A DNA stretch of 27,352 nucleotides from Octopus sinensis. Its lineage: Eukaryota. The notes under the pieces were generated by a model. The model worked only from the letters and a program-made list of their open reading frames with translations. It had not been told where the DNA came from and did not search any database. Where the stretch lies: contig NW_021833391.1 in assembly GCF_006345805.1 (NCBI RefSeq), forward strand, positions 1-27,352. Reading direction: 5' to 3'. Of the stretch, positions 21,880 through 27,352 are shown in pieces. Numbering within the stretch: position 1 is the stretch's first letter; each line of letters opens with the position of its first letter. The translations under genes and the position numbers were made by a program.

Positions 21880-23239
21880 AGTCATTAGAAATAATGAATA
21901 TTAAGCTAGGTTTAGGAACAGTTTGCCTAAAGTATATAAGGCAAGGGGAAAAAATGAAGAGATTCAATTGACAAACATCAGTAAAATTTATTTATTATAA
22001 TCATAGGAATAAATAGTTAAATAATTACTAATCAGAAGTTGGGAGATCACATCTTATTGCAATTTGATGGGGTTCCAGTATGATAAAGGTGATATATCAT
22101 ACAAAAATTGAACTCCAAAGCTTCATCAGAGAGTCAGTAAGTCCATAATGGTAAGGATACAAGGTAAAAAAGTAAAACAGTAAAATCCAAGGCTATATTT
22201 AGAAGTTGTGAGAGCACATCTAATTGCAATTTGATGGAGGAGATATTAAAGATAAACGTTATAGGATGGGGATGATGGGATGATCCTTATAACAGGGGTC
22301 ATGAGTTAGAGACTAAAAAATATGCAATAGAACAGTTATAAAATTTTGTTCAGGTAAACAGAATTGGAGAAACATTACGTAAGTTTATCAATAAATAGAT
22401 AATTTGGGTATGAATTAAGTGTGATGTTATTGTTTTCTAACAAAAGACTGTCATCATAATACCCCTATCAAAAGTGGGGTATGACCAATGCCCATCCTAC
22501 AGCGTAATTAGTCAGCTAGTATTTAAAACCAATAGCCTTCTATTGGGTCCGTTAAAATATATAAATAAAATACAAAAGTACATCTAAATCTCTCCCTTTT
22601 ATTTGTCACCAGTCCCATATTCCATAATCGTATTTTCTGAATTGTAATCATATCAACCCATAAGCAATATTGTCTGTATTATACACCTATAATTAATATA
22701 GCAAATTACCACAGATAATATATTTTCTTCCTTTACGTATCCATTTTACTAGTCTATCTATTGTATGTCAGTCTATTTCGCCTATACATGTAATTTAACA
22801 TTATCTATTTCAAGCACCATATATGTTTATTATACCAGTCCTCCCCAGGGTATTACTCCATATATTTCTAAGCATTTATTTGTGAGTGTATATTTATATA
22901 CTTATTGATATTTATTTATGCGTGTAGGCGTATTCCTATAACATTTATAGCAAGCTACCCCACATAATATTACAATCCTTTCATCTCTATTCTATCCTGA
23001 ATACTCTTTTTTTCTATAATTGCAATTAACTTTATAATTTTATATATTTATAATACCAAATATGTTTATTATATTTCTTTCATCTCTATCCTAACCTGTA
23101 ACGCTCTTTGTTTCTCTGTGACTGTAATTAACTTTAACTTTATTTTTAGCACCGCATTTGTTTATTGTACAAGTCCTCCCTGGCATATTGCTTCCTAAAT
23201 ATCCAAGCCCTTATTTGTAAGTGTTTATTCATATATTCA

Positions 23240-23630
23240 TATATTCATATATGCATAATGATATTTATATTTATATTTATACATATGGGTGTGTACATGT
23301 GTGTGCAGACATATATGTGTGTATGATTGTAGGTGTATATATATATATATATCTATATATATATGCGTGTGTGTGAATATATATATATATGTGTATGTAT
23401 GAGTGTATGTATATGATGTATGTGTATATCTATGTTACTACATGTGTGCTTGTGTATATATATATATATATATATATATTTATACATATATATATATGCA
23501 TATATATATATACGGTATTTATATATGTGTGTATGTGTATATATGTATGTATGTGTGTGTGTATGCGGATATAATGTTTGTGTAAGTATGTGTGTAAGTG
23601 TATGTAAGTGGTGTGTATGGGTATGTATAT

Positions 23631-23712
<82 letters not shown>

Positions 23713-23810
23713 ATGGATAAATCTTTCAGAACGTTTGTGCAAGCACATATATTTGTCCGTATTAATATGTATTTACGTATATACATTTAGTGATATAGGT
23801 GTATGTATAT
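23240..23810. repeat. (TA)n/(TG)n microsatellite field
   Basis: Directly visible. Confidence 0.85.
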
Positions 23811-24311
23811 AATAAACCCTACATTTTATTTTAATGAAAGTTTTTTAATTAAAGTGTATAATATCTATTTTTCTTACATTGTTACCAAATATTCTTATGT
23901 TTTTTTGTAAATTTTAATATTTTAATATTTCTGGTATATTTTTATATTTTTTCCTATATTGTAATAGTTTACCAAGTATTCATATTTTATTACCAGGTAT
24001 TTATTTTTAAAAGTTTATTTATGTTAACATTAAAATATTGTAATATAAGAAGAGTTATTGGCAAAACAAGCAGCTTTTCGTATATTTTAATATTAAAATG
24101 TTTTGCACAGTTAACTCCCTTTAGCAATAAATCACATAATTAAAAAAATTTCGGTTTCAAAATAATTTTTTCAATTAGAAAATTATTTTTGAAGTATTTT
24201 AAAAATAATATCAGATTCCTTTCCGTACATATTTATTCTTATTATCCCCCTTAGTATTTAAAGCACCTTGGCAATATTTTCTTGAATTTTCCTTAAACTT
24301 TTCTTAAATTT

Positions 24312-24640
24312 ATCGTTGTATTTAGGAATGGTCATTTTGCCAGTTTAGCCAATAAAAACACACGCACTATATATTTGGTGTTACTTTGCTTCAGCGTTAT
24401 TTATTTTTTACATTGATCTTAACCTTATTTCGGCCAGAGTTCTTTCGTCACACTCCTGTGACCGCGTCAGTGGTCCTTTGCTTTCTTCTTTCTTATTTGT
24501 TTGACGAAAGAACTCTGGCCGAAATAAGATTAAGATTAATGTAAAAAATAAATAACGCTGAAGCAAAGTAACACCAAATATATCGTGTGTGTGTTTTTAT
24601 TGGCTAAACTGGCAAAATGACCATTCCGAAATACAACAAT
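24312..24640. repeat. Near-perfect inverted repeat: 139-bp arms with a 51-nt spacer (MITE-like fold-back)
   Basis: 24312-24450 vs 24502-24640: 6 mismatches and no indels by manual alignment. Confidence 0.92.
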
Positions 24641-24859
24641 ATTTGTTTCAACACACGATTTCACATCAAAAATCTTGCAAAATAAATATATTAGCGTAAT
24701 TTTCTTAAATTTGTTTTGTATTTTATTGATTAGTTTTAACGGACCCAAAAGGACGCTATTGGTTTTAAATATTAGCTGACCAATTACGTTGTAGGATGGA
24801 CATTATTCTTATCCCGCTTCTGATAGAGGTATCATGATGACAGTCTTTTGTTAGAAAAT

Positions 24860-25352
24860 TGTAATGCGATTCTGCTATAACTTATAACCTGATGCTTGCT
24901 TTTTCAAGCGTTGTGTTTCGCATTTTATATTTTATAACGGTAGTAATTTTCTTCATGGATGATGGATTGTAATTTCTGTCTAAATTCCTCCACGCCCCTC
25001 TCATGTACAGAATTCAAGAATGCTCTCCAAGAATGTTGAGTTTCTTAGTTCCATGAAACGTTGTAGCCAACTGGATGACACGCTGTAATCGGGCTTTTGT
25101 TGTGCTTCACTGGTGTAGATTTATTGATGGAGACGTGAAAACCTTAACAACACGACTTATTGAATTCGTCTTCCACTGGTTTCATGGATTTTCTTTTTAA
25201 TGCATGGGTAGTGCCGCTTTTTCAATCGCTGGTCTTGCTTTCTTAATGTCCGACACTGTTGCTTTTCCGATGCTGTACTATCTGCAATCAGTGACGCCTT
25301 TTCACCATTGATACAGACGCTGTGTAATCTGAATTTTCTGTTCGATTGTCAA
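24860..25352 (-). pseudogene. Decayed Tigger/pogo (Jerky/CENP-B-like) transposase, N-terminal half
   Basis: With frameshifts: LTIEQKIQITQRL..NGEK..YSIGKATVSDIKK (HTH), SSWLQRF..LNILGE, EEFRQKLQSIIHEENY..I*NA, ASGYKL*QNRITIF. Confidence 0.85.
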
Positions 25353-25476
25353 CTATTTGTGTGTGTGGGGGGGGTGTAGGTATTCATTTTCTTGATACGT
25401 ACATTGTCATTTAGATTCAAAATATATTTTGCATTAGAAACATCATTGTTATCAGAAGATATCAGGAGTTTTAGAA

Positions 25477-25480
25477 GAAG

Positions 25481-25512
<32 letters not shown>

Positions 25513-25797
25513 CGAAGGAGAAAAAGAAGAAGAAGAACAACAACAACAACAAGGAGAAGAAGAACAACAACAACAACAAGGAGAAAAAGAAGAAGAAAAA
25601 TAACAACAACAACAAGAAGAAGAAGAAGAAGAAGAAGAAGAAGAGGAACAACAACAACAACAACAACAACAAGAAAACAAGAACAAGAACAAGAACAAGA
25701 GGAAGAAGAAGAAGAAAAAGAAGAAGAAGAAGAAGAAGAAGAAGAAGAAGAGGAACAACAACAACAACAACAAAAACAAAAACAACAAAAACAACGA
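25477..25797. repeat. (AAC)n/(AAG)n compound microsatellite with higher-order units
   Basis: Directly visible; the block aagaac(aac)n-aaggag recurs. Confidence 0.95.
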
Positions 25798-25954
25798 GGT
25801 AGCAACAGTGACAGCAGTGGTGATATAAACAGCATCAGCAACCTAGACAAGAGACGGCAGCTGTGTTTTAAACGATTCCTTCTCTTAAATCTTTAATCAA
25901 TCCATATAAGACTCTCCAAACCCCGAACCCCTCCCTCCCCCCGCATCCTGTCAG

Positions 25955-26051
25955 TTTATAATCGGGGAATCTTTGCTGACGACGACATATTCGTTGAGAG
26001 AAGAAGAAACCAATGAAGCAAGGAATGAGAATGGCGGAGCTAATGAGGAAG
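25955..26051 (+). other. Candidate 97-nt internal exon of an unidentified gene
   Basis: C-rich tract plus CAG acceptor, AAG|GTAAGA donor, one frame open (FIIGESLLTTTYSLREEETNEARNENGGANEE); no homology recognised. Confidence 0.3.
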
Positions 26052-26092
26052 GTAAGAAAAGGAATAGCTAGGCAGAAAAACAAAAGGCAGCT

Positions 26093-26132
26093 GTAGTAGT
26101 AGTGGCAGCAGTAGTAGTAGTAGTATTAGTAT

Positions 26133-26186
<54 letters not shown>

Positions 26187-26361
26187 TGGTGGTGGTGGTG
26201 GTGGTGGTGGTGGTGGTGGTGATCGCGACAGCAGTATTGGCGGTGGTGGTAGTTGGTGGTTGTGGTGGTCGTCGTCGACGCGATCGTGGTGGTCTTAGTG
26301 GTTGTAGTAGTAGTAGTAGAAGTAATGGTGCTGGTGGTAGTAGTAGTAGTAGTAGAAGTAA

Positions 26362-26393
<32 letters not shown>

Positions 26394-26460
26394 AGTAGCA
26401 GCAGCAGTAGAAGACGAAGAAGAAGAAGAAGAAAACAAAGAAGACGAAGAGAAAGAAGTA
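26093..26460. repeat. (AGT)n/(GGT)n/(AAG)n compound microsatellite
   Basis: Directly visible. Confidence 0.92.
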
Positions 26461-26474
26461 TGAGGAAGCGGAGA

Positions 26475-26772
26475 ATATATATATATATAGGTGTGTGTAT
26501 ATGTATTTGTGCGTATATATATATTTATGAATGTATGTATGCATGTATGTATGCATCCATGCATGTATGTATGTATGTATGTATATATGTATATATGTAT
26601 GTATGTAAGCATGTATGCATGTATGTATGTATTTATGTATGCATGTATATATGTATATATGTATATATGTATATATGTATGTATGTATGTATGTATGTAC
26701 GTATGTATGCATGTATACATGTATGCATGTATGTATGTATGTGTGTGTATGTATGTATGCATGCATGTATGT
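26475..26772. repeat. (TATG)n/(TA)n microsatellite
   Basis: Directly visible. Confidence 0.92.
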
Positions 26773-27352
26773 ACTGAGTCGTAAATTGGAGAAATAATTG
26801 AACTTATGGAAATTTGGTACAACAGACATATTTTCGAGATAAACCGTTTGATTCGACAATATAAACTGTGATTATATCAATATTCCACAAGAATGCACCG
26901 CAATAATTTCACTGAACGATTCAGAGAACCAGATGCCTTTTTCCCTCTCTCTCTTTCTTTCTTTCGCTCTTTACTTTTCTTGTCCAAAATAACTAAATGT
27001 CGATTGGCAGTTGGATTTAGTAGTAATATCGATCGTAGCATTTCAAATTAATACGTCGACAATTGCTGTGAAAATCTCTCCCCCGATGGAAAGGAAAATT
27101 TCTATGACCAAGTAGAGACGTTAGGAATTATGACTGAGTGACTGTAAGGTTGCGTTCGTAAGAGATTAACCGAATTGCACCCCTCTATTGTCTCTCTCTT
27201 TTTTTTTTCTAAATTTTTCTCTTCTTTTCTCTCTTAGGTATGTAATGCAGTATTTAATACTAAACAGAGACAACAAATCAGCGAATATGCGTATATGTCT
27301 CTCTCTCTCTCTCTATTATATATATATATATAGGTGTGTGTATATGTATTTG

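Larger units (their letters stand above)
22433..24858. mobile_element. 2.4-kb segment bounded by 145-bp inverted repeats (unclassified fold-back/TIR element or inverted PLE termini)
   Basis: 22433-22577 is the reverse complement of 24714-24858 with about 19 mismatches by manual count; no coding capacity inside. Confidence 0.6.

Noticed and set aside
24498-24530. TTGACGA...GGCC-GAAA inside the fold-back arms as a hammerhead
   Set aside because: C3 is absent and no stem II partner exists for GGCC.
27010-27150. Possible exon or RTE endonuclease scrap (DGKENFYDQVE) after a pyrimidine tract
   Set aside because: Short, bounded by stops, no good donor, and similarity too weak to call.

Overview
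AT-rich, microsatellite-dense eukaryotic non-coding DNA, intronic or intergenic. The SINE/LINE repertoire and simple-repeat density match what I recognise from Octopus (coleoid cephalopod) genomes; this is an inference and no database search was run. I find no intact protein-coding gene, tRNA, rRNA or CRISPR array, and most ORFs in the track are translated microsatellites. Mobile content: three minus-strand pieces of one Tx1/L1-clade LINE (525-626, 2606-5013 with RT and C-terminal CCHC motifs, 7915-8292), two CR1-group 3' fragments (7076-7440 minus, 12933-13494 plus), an RTE 5' fragment (about 14790-15620 minus), a mariner TIR (9820-9915), a decayed Tigger/pogo transposase (24860-25352 minus) and about 14 pieces of three tRNA-derived SINE families. 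The most interesting structures are: (1) minimal type-I hammerhead-ribozyme-like motifs with variant cores in short (TA)n-flanked, Penelope-terminus-like units (11187-11224, 11428-11465, 1654-1694); (2) Tx1 copies embedded in (GATA)n on both sides in a fixed orientation, suggesting a GATA-microsatellite-targeting LINE; (3) a 139-bp, about 96% identical fold-back (24312-24640) nested inside a 145-bp inverted-repeat pair (22433-22577 / 24714-24858) that truncates the Tigger remnant; (4) a head-to-head SINE hairpin (5351-5619). A few weak plus-strand exon candidates are also noted. Microsatellite and degenerate-element boundaries are approximate.
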